Source: Deltaproteobacteria bacterium
GTDB lineage: Bacteria; Myxococcota_A; UBA9160; UBA4427
Length of the DNA stretch: 64,000 nt
Assembly (NCBI GenBank): GCA_002691205.1
Contig: NZHD01000020.1
Location: forward strand, 92,995 to 156,994
Reading direction: 5' to 3'
The notes below the pieces were generated by a model that was not told the DNA's origin, ran no database searches, and saw only the letters and a list, made by a program, of their open reading frames with translations. Positions 9,110 through 18,174 of this stretch are shown in pieces. The stretch's first letter is position 1. The number at the start of each line of letters is the position of its first letter. The position numbers and the translations under genes are program-made.

Positions 9110-9985
9110 TCAGAGTGAGAGCGGAGAGTGGTCCAAGCCTAAATCTAAACAGGCGGCTGAGTGTGTGATCCAACCCACCGAAATTAAGTCGACCCCGGCA
9201 TCCGCCACTAAGCGAACCGTCTCAAGAGTGATGCCTCCCGAAGCCTCGAGCACGGCTCGGTTTTCATTTCGCTTTACCGCTTCTCGCAATGTTTCCGGCG
9301 ACATGTTGTCAAGCAAGATGATCTCTACACCCACTTCGAGCGCCTCATTCAACTGCTCGAGAGTGTCGACCTCAACTTCAATCCGAACCATATGACCCAC
9401 GTTGGCGCGAGCCGCCTCGACGGCCTGCCTCACCCCTCCGGCCATCGCGAGGTGGTTGTCTTTGATCAAAACTGCATCATCGAGTCCAAATCGATGATTT
9501 ACACCCCCTCCCATTCGAACGGCGTGCTTTTCGAACACTCGCATTCCCGGCGTCGTCTTGCGGGTGCAACAGATTTGCGCCGCCGTGCCTTCGACGGCTT
9601 GAACCAAACGGTGCGTCGCAGTGGCAATACCGGAGAGGTGCCCTAAAAAATTAAGCGCCGTTCTCTCTGCCGTGAGAATGGCACGCGCATTCCCATTTAG
9701 AATGAAAAGCGGATCGCCGGGAAGAACATCGCTTCCATCGCCCTTCTGAACCTCGATTTTGATCCCGCGATCAAGCTGCCTAAAAGAGGCCACCGCCAAG
9801 TCTACGCCGGCAATTCGGCCCGCTTCTCGCGCAGAAATTGTGCCGGAAAGCATAGCGTCCACGGGCACCACTGAGTTCGTCGTAATATCTCCCGCACGCC
9901 CGAGATCCTCGGCCAGCGCATGACGAACGGAATCTTCCACAGCCCCTACGGGCAAAGCACCCACCATTCTGGACGTATCACTCAT
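9110..9985 (-). CDS. nadC: Nicotinate-nucleotide diphosphorylase (carboxylating)
   Basis: LAEDLG, ERTALNFL, CTRKTTPG, HRFGLDDAVLIKDNH, EVEVDT, LLDNM, EASGGI; start moved to MSDTSR after GGAG. Confidence 0.95.
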   Translation of the reverse strand: MSDTSRMVGALPVGAVEDSVRHALAEDLGRAGDITTNSVVPVDAMLSGTISAREAGRIAGVDLAVASFRQLDRGIKIEVQKGDGSDVLPGDPLFILNGNARAILTAERTALNFLGHLSGIATATHRLVQAVEGTAAQICCTRKTTPGMRVFEKHAVRMGGGVNHRFGLDDAVLIKDNHLAMAGGVRQAVEAARANVGHMVRIEVEVDTLEQLNEALEVGVEIILLDNMSPETLREAVKRNENRAVLEASGGITLETVRLVADAGVDLISVGWITHSAACLDLGLDHSPLSL

Positions 9986-10014
9986 CGCTGCTCTCCACCT
10001 CAGAAAAAGATCTA

Positions 10015-11640
10015 TCACTTCAACGTAGCAAGAAATTGATTCGCCTCTTTGAGCGTGATCCAACTCCTTTTAGCCTGACCTAAATCCATCGAAGGAAAGT
10101 CAGCCCGGAAGTGACTCCCTCGACTTTCGCACCGAAGGTAAGCGGACGTTGCGATCAACCTCGCGGTTAATGCAGCGCTGGCAATCGAGCTGGAACGTCC
10201 ACTGGCCTCAGATTCAATTCGAGCGGTTTCTTTCACCGCGTGTTTCAGCCCGTCAGCTGTCCGGACCACTCCCACTGAATCCGACATGAGCGTACGCAGG
10301 GAATCGACGAGGACTGAGAGATCCGAATCCTGTCCGACTGCTCCATGGATTTTAGTTTTCGCCGGATCAATCTCGGGCACCGCGCCTACACTCGCCGCGA
10401 TAGAATCTGCGCAACGGGCGCTAAAGACAAGTCCCTCAAGCATGGAATTAGAAGCAAGTCGATTGGCTCCGTGCACACCGCCGGAGGCGGACTCGCCGCA
10501 CGCCCACAGGCCACTGACCGTGGTTCGCCCCTCTGCATCTGTGGCAATCCCGCCCATATGGTAATGCTCCGCAGGCGCAATTGGAATTCGCTCTGTCGCA
10601 GGATCAATCCCAACGCGTCGGCAAGACTCCGCAACCGTAGGGAAAGCCTCTTCAAAACGGCTGCCTATCGCCTCTCGACAATCAAGGAATGCCCCTTTTC
10701 CCCCTTGGAGTTGTTCATCGACACCGCGCGCGACCACATCACGAGGAGCCAGCTCTCCGGCGGGATGCAACTCGGACATAAAGCGGTCACCTGACTTCGT
10801 GACCAAAAGAGCGCCTTCGCCTCGAATGGACTCGGTTGCCAGAGGAGCGGGGGAAAGTCCAACATTCATCGCCGTCGGATGAAACTGCACAAACTCAAGA
10901 TCGGCCAGTTCAGCACCAACTCGAGCCGCCATGGCAATGCCCTCACCTATGGTCTCGGGGGGGTTTGTGGTCACTCGATAGAGACCTCCAATTCCCCCTG
11001 TGGCCAACAGCACCGCCTTAGCCAGAACTACGGTCTCGCCCGAAGGATTGCTCTTAGTGGCTTCACCGCGAACAAATGCACCTGACACGCGGTCACCGGA
11101 CATCACAAGCGCTTCAGCCGAAGCTTCCTCAATAATCCGAATTTTGTTTGAACTCCGAACCAGAGGAACGATCGTCTCCATAAACGCGCGACCTGTCCTG
11201 TCCCCCCCAACTCCAATCACACGATCGGCTTCATGTGCCGCCTCTCGATGAAGTCGAAACGAACCATCAGGATGACGATCAAATGGAACCCCCAGATCAA
11301 CCAGTTCCTGAATTCGCCCTGGCGCCTCGCGTGTCATCAATCCGACCACGTCCGGATCACAAATCCCTGCCCCTGCCGCCAAGGTGTCGTCAGCATGCTG
11401 GGTGACACTGTCATCCACCCCCAGAGCCGCCGCGAAGCCCGCTTGGGCCCAGGTGGTCGAAGACCCCACCGATAGGCTGGACTTAAGAATGAGCGTCACA
11501 GAAAGGGGGGCGAGACGTAGCGCGGTCATCAAACCAGCAATGCCGCCGCCTACGATCAACACATCACAACGAGCATGCACATAGGACGAAATCGTCACTG
11601 CGGTTTCTCTACCTGAAGAGGACACTACTCGATGAGTCAA
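10015..11640 (-). CDS. nadB: L-aspartate oxidase
   Basis: GGGIAG, WAQAG, EAAH, ATGGIG, QFHPT, LAPRD, AEHYHMGG, HGANRLASNS, ESRGSHFR. Confidence 0.95.
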   Translation of the reverse strand: MTHRVVSSSGRETAVTISSYVHARCDVLIVGGGIAGLMTALRLAPLSVTLILKSSLSVGSSTTWAQAGFAAALGVDDSVTQHADDTLAAGAGICDPDVVGLMTREAPGRIQELVDLGVPFDRHPDGSFRLHREAAHEADRVIGVGGDRTGRAFMETIVPLVRSSNKIRIIEEASAEALVMSGDRVSGAFVRGEATKSNPSGETVVLAKAVLLATGGIGGLYRVTTNPPETIGEGIAMAARVGAELADLEFVQFHPTAMNVGLSPAPLATESIRGEGALLVTKSGDRFMSELHPAGELAPRDVVARGVDEQLQGGKGAFLDCREAIGSRFEEAFPTVAESCRRVGIDPATERIPIAPAEHYHMGGIATDAEGRTTVSGLWACGESASGGVHGANRLASNSMLEGLVFSARCADSIAASVGAVPEIDPAKTKIHGAVGQDSDLSVLVDSLRTLMSDSVGVVRTADGLKHAVKETARIESEASGRSSSIASAALTARLIATSAYLRCESRGSHFRADFPSMDLGQAKRSWITLKEANQFLATLK

Positions 11641-11643
11641 TCA

Positions 11644-12762
11644 CTACGCGAAAGATCGCGCAACGCCTCCCACCAAAGCCACATCCTGACCCGTGCCGGT
11701 CAAGTTCCATGCCAAACGCCCCTCTGGAGGCGCTCCAATTTCCAACATCCGCTCCACTGATCGGCGTGCACGCACGGCCATCTCAGTGGGAACATTGACT
11801 TCGCCGTGACCGTAAACTAGAGAATCAAGAATCCGCGGCAACGTGATTCTTTTCATATGCGGGCAGAGATTACATGGGCGTACAAAATCAACGTCGGGTA
11901 ACTCAGCTGCCACGTTGTCGCTCATTGAACACTCGGTGAGCATGACCACGCGAGCCGGTCTCTTTTCTTGAACAAACTTGATCATGCCAGAAGTCGACCC
12001 TGCGAAGTCAGAGGCCTCCAGGACTTCAGGAGAGCACTCAGGATGAGCCAGCACCGTGAGATTCGGATCACTTGCTCGATAGGACTTAATCTCATCCGCG
12101 CTAAATCGCTCATGAACCTCACATCGGCCTCTCCAAGCCAAGATCTCAACATCTGTCTGCCGCGCCACATTCTGTGCCAAATATTCATCCGGCAAAAGAA
12201 GCACTCGATCTACACCGAGAGATTCAACCACGTGCAACGCATTCGAAGAGGTGCAGCAAACATCCGTTTCGGCCTTCACATCCGCAGGTGTGTTCACGTA
12301 ACTCACCACAGGCACGCCCGGGTATTCTGCCCGAAGCCGCCTGACGTCTGCGCCGGTCATTGACTCCGCCAGAGAACACCCGGCTCGCTGGTCCGGAATA
12401 AGCACCACTTTCTCAGGGTTAAGAATTTTGGCCGTCTCGGCCATAAAATGAACACCCGCGAGAACGATCACATCGGCATCGGTCTCAGCCGCTTCTTTCG
12501 CAAGGGCCAGGGAATCGCCGACGATGTCCGCGACGCCATGAAAGATTTCAGGTGTCATGTAATTATGCGCAAGAATGACGGCGTTTTTCTCACGCTTAAC
12601 TTCGTTGATGGCTTTCACGTAGGGCGCAAAGACAGGCCACTCCACCTCAGGAATGACCTGAGAGAGTCTTTCGTAAATCGGACGGACCGCCTTTTCGACC
12701 TCAGGCGTGTAATCAAGATTCGGCAGCTTCTCACCCTGATCTGAAACCTGAAAATTTGGCAT
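11644..12762 (-). CDS. nadA: Quinolinate synthase
   Basis: LAHNY, GDSL, GVHFMAE, GCSLA, YVNT, CCTSSNA, AHPEC, CPHMK; likely start MPNFQ at 12762 after AAGGGG. Confidence 0.95.
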   Translation of the reverse strand: MPNFQVSDQGEKLPNLDYTPEVEKAVRPIYERLSQVIPEVEWPVFAPYVKAINEVKREKNAVILAHNYMTPEIFHGVADIVGDSLALAKEAAETDADVIVLAGVHFMAETAKILNPEKVVLIPDQRAGCSLAESMTGADVRRLRAEYPGVPVVSYVNTPADVKAETDVCCTSSNALHVVESLGVDRVLLLPDEYLAQNVARQTDVEILAWRGRCEVHERFSADEIKSYRASDPNLTVLAHPECSPEVLEASDFAGSTSGMIKFVQEKRPARVVMLTECSMSDNVAAELPDVDFVRPCNLCPHMKRITLPRILDSLVYGHGEVNVPTEMAVRARRSVERMLEIGAPPEGRLAWNLTGTGQDVALVGGVARSFA

Positions 12763-12773
12763 GCCAAAGCCCC

Positions 12774-12794
12774 TTATGCTCAAAATGAGTATAT
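12774..12794. promoter_or_regulatory. NadQ-type operator
   Basis: TTATGCTCAAAATGAGTATAT matches the palindromic ttATRCTCannntGAGYATaa consensus; it abuts the nadA RBS and lies downstream of a NadQ-like gene. Confidence 0.8.
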
Positions 12795-12898
12795 ATGGAG
12801 TGGAACAATCTCCGATAAGGAGATCTGACAGTTTAATTCATGCAGTCGAGATACGCCACATCCGGACTCTCAGCGAGCTGCCCCACTCCTCTACTGCG

Positions 12899-13930
12899 TC
12901 ATGAAAACTTTCTCGGAGAAGAAACACGAACGCCCGGGGCCACAAGTTCGTGAACCACCTCGGGCCTATATCGAAACTCCGCAGCCGGCCGGCCACCGGT
13001 CTGATTTAACACCGCGCCAGTCGCCTCCACCAACCCGGCTCGCTCAACCAAGCGCCTGAAGTTCTGTTTGTGGACACGCACCCCTGAAACCGCTTCCACT
13101 GTGCGCTGAAGTTCAAGCAAGGTGAACGTGGGAGACATTAATTCAAAAACGACGGGTCGGTACTTTAACTTGGACCGGAGTCGACCCATTGCAGTTGCAA
13201 GGATGCGTCTATGGTCCGACATCATAGGCAGGCCTAGTTTTTCAGCTAAAACGTGAGCCGACGCCGAATGGTCTAACCCTGAACCGTCTCGCCGAGCCTC
13301 AGCCACCAGTCCAGCTTCATAAAGCAGTTCGTAACGCTCCAGAACCTTTTCTTCGTCCCAAACCGCAGCCTCTTGACCAAAACAACCCCGCATTCGACCA
13401 AGACGAAGTTCTTGGTCGTCTGAATCACTCGACTGCTTGGCCCAAGCTTTAAGAGCAGGCACGATTTCCTCGGCCACGACCTGAGGAGCGCCTTGCCGCC
13501 AATCCTCCCAGGGAAAATGAGCGTACATCGATTTCCAGTTGGCTCCGGACGGACTCTGCCCATCCGACATGTCGGAAAGCGCCAAATAACCCACAGAAAG
13601 CACGCGATGGCCTCCTTCGCGCTCAACAGGATGCCTACCCCGGTCGCCAAATGTATAGAGTTGCTCAACGTACCCTAAACGCACACCCGTCTGCTGATAG
13701 ACGAATGCACGCAATCCAATCTCAAGAGTCCGATGCTCTTCTGGGTCAAACTGCCCAGAAGGCAAGGCATCTCCCGCTACATCGAAGCCACGCCGAACGA
13801 AACGGGCTTGAGCCGCTTTCAATGAGCCTTCCTGGCGAACAAGGAAGCGTGGGGATTGGTCGCTCACCGTTACAGCTACGGCCCCAAGCTCGACAACAAC
13901 ACTTTCCGACTCATGACCCATTCTGGTCAA
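12899..13930 (-). CDS. nadQ: NadQ (COG4111, Nudix-like plus wHTH) NAD biosynthesis regulator
   Basis: LPSGQFDP..HRTLE, YVEQLYTFGDRGR, EEKVLERYELLYEAGL, DHRRILATAMGRLRSKLKYRP, FTL.ELQ, HKQNFRR, GGRPA; directly upstream of nadABC. Confidence 0.85.
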   Translation of the reverse strand: MTRMGHESESVVVELGAVAVTVSDQSPRFLVRQEGSLKAAQARFVRRGFDVAGDALPSGQFDPEEHRTLEIGLRAFVYQQTGVRLGYVEQLYTFGDRGRHPVEREGGHRVLSVGYLALSDMSDGQSPSGANWKSMYAHFPWEDWRQGAPQVVAEEIVPALKAWAKQSSDSDDQELRLGRMRGCFGQEAAVWDEEKVLERYELLYEAGLVAEARRDGSGLDHSASAHVLAEKLGLPMMSDHRRILATAMGRLRSKLKYRPVVFELMSPTFTLLELQRTVEAVSGVRVHKQNFRRLVERAGLVEATGAVLNQTGGRPAAEFRYRPEVVHELVAPGVRVSSPRKFS

Positions 13931-14008
13931 ACACTCCCAGCTCAGAACTCAAAGCATCCCGAGACCTTCAAGTTCCATCAAGCAAATCCAGCCCCGATAG
14001 AAAGAAGT

Positions 14009-14515
14009 CTAGTCGTCATCACTTTGCAACTGGCCCGCAGCCCGAGCCGCCTCCATCCGCGCTTCATTGCGCGCATCCATTTGCTCATCGGTCAAAACCA
14101 GATCGATTTTCCGTGCGAACCTTACATCTGGATCCATCTCGTCAGGGACCCAATAGATAAATAGAAACTGATTCTTTTCAATCTCGTTAATATCGACTCG
14201 CTGGCCGTCGAGAGCCACCGTCGTCCTCTTAAGGACCGATCCCTCAGGCTTCACCTTGAACGTGGCGCTCTTGCCGGTCTTGAGCTTCAACTTCTTGTTC
14301 TTTGGCCTCTTCCCAGTTTTCTTGACGCGCACCTCAAGCAGGTTTTTCTCCGTATCGAGAGAGACAAAAAAAGCTTCGGTCTTGATGCTCTTCGACTTAG
14401 AAGCTGCCCCTGCTGGAGGTGTCCAAAGCAGCAAAAGACCACTCAAGCTCAATATAAAGACTACTCCCAAGGCCCAATTACGCTGCATATACCGATCCAT
14501 AAAACCGCGGCTCAT
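14009..14515 (-). CDS. Secreted Lys-rich hypothetical protein (possible small OB-fold)
   Basis: GGAGG RBS before ATG 14515; hydrophobic signal ending PAGA; beta-rich mature region. Confidence 0.6.
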   Translation of the reverse strand: MSRGFMDRYMQRNWALGVVFILSLSGLLLLWTPPAGAASKSKSIKTEAFFVSLDTEKNLLEVRVKKTGKRPKNKKLKLKTGKSATFKVKPEGSVLKRTTVALDGQRVDINEIEKNQFLFIYWVPDEMDPDVRFARKIDLVLTDEQMDARNEARMEAARAAGQLQSDDD

Positions 14516-14698
14516 AACTTCCTCCGTAAACTCCAAAACTGAAATTCGATCACAAAGACAAAAACGCTAAAAATTCAAAGGTAAACAAATAAAGAACCAA
14601 CCCAATATTCAGCGCTCCTTCGTGCATTCGCGAGCCCAAGAATAGCGAAGGATTTGAATCCGCCGAACGATTGGGGCGAGGTTCATATTCTTGCAGAT

Positions 14699-15346
14699 TC
14701 AAGGGGCAGCCTTCGCTCGCCTTGAAAGGCTTCTCTCAATCCAGCGGCGATAAAGAGCCAAGGGATGGGCACCAACGATCACAGCCGAATTGCCAGCGAG
14801 TTGAACCGCAGGAACTCCCGTCGCGCCCTGATCAAGCGCTTCACGATATTCAGCCACTACTCGCTCTTGCGTTTCGGCACGTGTCGCCAAATCAAACCCT
14901 GAGACAGGAAGCCCTAACTCGCTCCACAATTTGCGCAGAACATCGAAGTCACTGATATCCTGACTCTCTTGAAAGTAAGCTCGCAGGAGACGGTCATGCA
15001 TCGCCGCGAAAGCATCTGCCCCAATCGCTTCGGCTGCCTTACTCACACAATGCGCGGGCAAACTGCTTGAAGGCGGCCCCTCATCGCTAGCCCAGACCTG
15101 AAAGTCTCCCCCGTCCCCCTCCCCGTCTTCCTGGACCTTAATCCAATGACGAGTGTAGGTGCGGAATTTCTCCAAAGATTTTTCTCGGTCAGAGTAAACC
15201 TTATGCTCTGGACGCAATAAATAGCTACGCCACTCCAGCTCCACTCGACCTGCATACTCTAATTCAAGAGCCCTCAACCGAACTGAACCGTTGTAACACC
15301 AGGGGCAAAGATAATCGAAATAGACAATGAACCTCAGAGGGCTCAC
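14699..15346 (-). CDS. DsbA/FrnE-family oxidoreductase
   Basis: YFDYLCPWCY, LEWRSYLL, GATGVP (cis-Pro loop). Confidence 0.85.
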   Translation of the reverse strand: MSPLRFIVYFDYLCPWCYNGSVRLRALELEYAGRVELEWRSYLLRPEHKVYSDREKSLEKFRTYTRHWIKVQEDGEGDGGDFQVWASDEGPPSSSLPAHCVSKAAEAIGADAFAAMHDRLLRAYFQESQDISDFDVLRKLWSELGLPVSGFDLATRAETQERVVAEYREALDQGATGVPAVQLAGNSAVIVGAHPLALYRRWIERSLSRRAKAAP

Positions 15347-15834
15347 TTATCCTCCTCAATCCGCATTTCTCGATACCCACCCTTCCAGTAAACCAGTGGC
15401 TGACGGTCATGGACTTCACTGGACTCCACTTGACCTAGGTAAATCACATGGTCACCCGCCGCATAGGTCGAAACGACCTTGCAATCAAGGTTGACAACAG
15501 CGCCCTCCAGCAAAGGCGAACCCGTTAAGCCCACTGTATACGGAACAGTTTCAAATCGAACATGTTCATATTTTTTAGATGCGAAACGATTTGAAATCTC
15601 TACCTGATCAGCTGCCAGAACATTCACTCCAAAACAATCACTCTCAGCAATCAGGTCTGTCGTAATTGATCCGAGTTGACAACAAACCGCCACCAAGGGC
15701 GGCGACAGAGAGGCCCCACTAAAATCGGAGACCGTCATCCCATGAATGCGGTCCCCGCTTCGACTCGTCAATACGGTCACACCACTGGGCCAAGCCGCAA
15801 GACTGTGCCGGAACTCATCCTCACCGATCGCCAC
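15343..15834 (-). CDS. Flavin reductase family protein
   Basis: FR..LAAWPSGVTV, GMTV, SLSPPLV, GSPLL, GDHVIYLGQV, PLVYWKGGY. Confidence 0.9.
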   Translation of the reverse strand: MAIGEDEFRHSLAAWPSGVTVLTSRSGDRIHGMTVSDFSGASLSPPLVAVCCQLGSITTDLIAESDCFGVNVLAADQVEISNRFASKKYEHVRFETVPYTVGLTGSPLLEGAVVNLDCKVVSTYAAGDHVIYLGQVESSEVHDRQPLVYWKGGYREMRIEEDK

Positions 15835-15902
15835 TTAACTCTCCTTCATAAACCCTGACAAACAAAGCTAACACGCCCACTCCTTGAGTCAGCCCCTGGT
15901 TC

Positions 15903-17228
15903 TCATTTTTCGTCAACCCACAAAAGCGCAAGGTCCATGACATTGGTGCCCGTTGGCCCGGCCGGCAGGCTTCCCCCGACCCTCGAAAAAAAACCATAGG
16001 AATCGTTCCTCTCCAACGCCTTCGAAGCCTCGAGCCCTAACTCCAGGCCGTGCCGCACTGTCTTCTCATCCGCGAAAGCACCCGTAGCTTCACTCTGGCC
16101 ATCCCGCCCATCGGTCCCAACAGATAAAATCGCCGCTTTTCGAACTCTCTTCATTCGATCCCACTCCAGGGCCGCAGACAGGGCAAGCTCCTGGTTTCGA
16201 CCTCCCCGCCCATCCCCAGTCACTCGAACGACTGTCTCACCGCCCGCGACCAGAAGGATTGGCTTCGCCCATCGTACCCCCTGACTTAAAGCAGCCAGGC
16301 GCGCTCCCATCACCCGAGCCTCGCCTTGCATAATTTCACCGAGGTCCACCGTACGCAGCCCCAGGCGTTGCCCCATCTGACACGCCGCAGATCGTGCATC
16401 TTGGTTCGACGCGATCACCCGATAGTGAACCCCTTGAAGCCCAGGAGCATCTGCTTGATGTGACTCTGGTCGTTTCCCCTGAACTCCCGCTTCTAGATAA
16501 TCTCGCAAAGGAGAGGCGATCCTTTCCGTCAGGCCGAAGCGATCAAGCACCTCTCGAGCATCGCTAAAAGTCGTCTCGTCTGCCGAACAGGGTCCAGATC
16601 CAATCACATCCACGCGATCCCCTGGCACGTCTGAGATGGCCAGCACCTCAATCTTTCGTGTGGCGGAAGCCACCGCGAGTCGCCCACCGGAGAAAGAGGA
16701 GCAATGTTTCCGGACAGAATTGACTTCCCCAATGTCAGCGCCACTGGCGAGAAGCATTCGCGTCGCCTCCTCCAGCTGAACCAACGTCAAACCTACAGCA
16801 GGACAAGCCGTCAGAGCCGAAGCACCGCCCGAAAGCAGAACGAGTAAAATATCCTCGTCGGGAATTCCTTGAACGATCTTTAACAAATCCCGCGCGGCTC
16901 GCTCACTGCGTTGATCGGGAAAAGGATGGCCTGCCTCCCGGCTCTCTAGACTGAGGCTGATGCCCTGGAAGTGACCCTCTGGCGAAACAACTAATCCGCC
17001 TCGAAGATGATCTCCCGAAACGGCTTCAACGGCCGCCGCCATATGGGGCGCCGCCTTACCCATGGCCGCCACCCAGAGCCCCGCTCGAGGAGGCAAAATT
17101 CGATCCCCTACCCGCAGCGATCCATTCGGCAGGCGTCTCACCCAACGAGACACAGCATTCCCGGAATGGACCGCCTCTAGCCCCGCTCTCATGATCGACT
17201 CGAGAGCCTCGCGAGACGAAGAACTCAT
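15903..17228 (-). CDS. Glycerate 2-kinase / hydroxypyruvate reductase (MOFRL family)
   Basis: GKAA, GHPFP, LLSGGASAL, SDVPGD..IGSGP, GGETVV, GRGGRNQE, GTDGRDG, TGTNVMD. Confidence 0.9.
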   Translation of the reverse strand: MSSSSREALESIMRAGLEAVHSGNAVSRWVRRLPNGSLRVGDRILPPRAGLWVAAMGKAAPHMAAAVEAVSGDHLRGGLVVSPEGHFQGISLSLESREAGHPFPDQRSERAARDLLKIVQGIPDEDILLVLLSGGASALTACPAVGLTLVQLEEATRMLLASGADIGEVNSVRKHCSSFSGGRLAVASATRKIEVLAISDVPGDRVDVIGSGPCSADETTFSDAREVLDRFGLTERIASPLRDYLEAGVQGKRPESHQADAPGLQGVHYRVIASNQDARSAACQMGQRLGLRTVDLGEIMQGEARVMGARLAALSQGVRWAKPILLVAGGETVVRVTGDGRGGRNQELALSAALEWDRMKRVRKAAILSVGTDGRDGQSEATGAFADEKTVRHGLELGLEASKALERNDSYGFFSRVGGSLPAGPTGTNVMDLALLWVDEK

Positions 17229-17232
17229 CTCG

Positions 17233-18174
17233 CTAGGGCTCGAGAGCGTCGGTTTGAGAGGAAAACACATCTTCACTCACAGTCTCTTTATCCTGCGGAC
17301 GAAGCCTGATCTCAATTCGACGATTTAGAGCACGCCCATCGACTGTTTCGTTTGTTGCAACAGGCCGCGACGATGACAATGAAGTTAAACTCAGACGTTG
17401 CGGTGAGATTCCGTCTTTCTCCAACAAACGAATCACCGCCGCCGCTCGCGCGGCCGCCAGATCCCAATTGCTCGGAAAACGCCCGGCGAGGCGATCGCTA
17501 ATCGCCCGATCATCTGTATGGCCCTGCACTTCAATCTGATGCTCCATGGTGGCCAACTGTTCAGAAAGCTTCAGGATCACTTCTCGCCCTGTCGGGTCCA
17601 ACCTCGCTGAACCCGAAGCAAATAGAATGTCATCCGAAACGGCGACCCGAACCCCCTCCTTGAGTTGGTCGATTCGAATTTGACCGGACGAAACCTCGCT
17701 CTCTAACTCGAGCATGAGCTCTCCGTACGTCGCGGTGATGGCATCCACCTCGCTTTTTACAGATTCGAGTTCTGATCGGGAACGCACCAACTCAAGGTTT
17801 TGAGCCTCAAGTTCAAGCGAGAGAGACCGCTCTGCCTCCTCCAAATCCTGGACTTCGCGATTCAGAATTTCACTTTCAATTCGCTCGTCCTCGACGGTTT
17901 CATAAATGTTCGCCAATTCCGCCTCAAGGCTGGCTACACTGGCTTCAAGTTGCTCAATGCGCACACTCTGCATGGCGTTCGCATCCCTGAGCTTTTCGCT
18001 CGCCGCCACGGCATCCCTGTACTGGCCCGAAAGCGCACAGCCAGAAGAGAGAACCAGAGCGACAAGACCGGTAAGAACCCGATAAAACCGACCTAGACTT
18101 TGACACGTCAAACTGAGGCGCTCACGCCGAAGACGCGATGGGACCGGACATGGTTTGTTTGAGAGCTTCATCAA
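17233..18174 (-). CDS. OmpA/MotB-family lipoprotein with long coiled coil; true start probably near 18111
   Basis: Lipobox-like LVLSSGC, heptad region, ILFASGSA, IEVQGHTD, NWDLAAARA, NRRIEI. Confidence 0.85.
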   Translation of the reverse strand: MMKLSNKPCPVPSRLRRERLSLTCQSLGRFYRVLTGLVALVLSSGCALSGQYRDAVAASEKLRDANAMQSVRIEQLEASVASLEAELANIYETVEDERIESEILNREVQDLEEAERSLSLELEAQNLELVRSRSELESVKSEVDAITATYGELMLELESEVSSGQIRIDQLKEGVRVAVSDDILFASGSARLDPTGREVILKLSEQLATMEHQIEVQGHTDDRAISDRLAGRFPSNWDLAAARAAAVIRLLEKDGISPQRLSLTSLSSSRPVATNETVDGRALNRRIEIRLRPQDKETVSEDVFSSQTDALEP

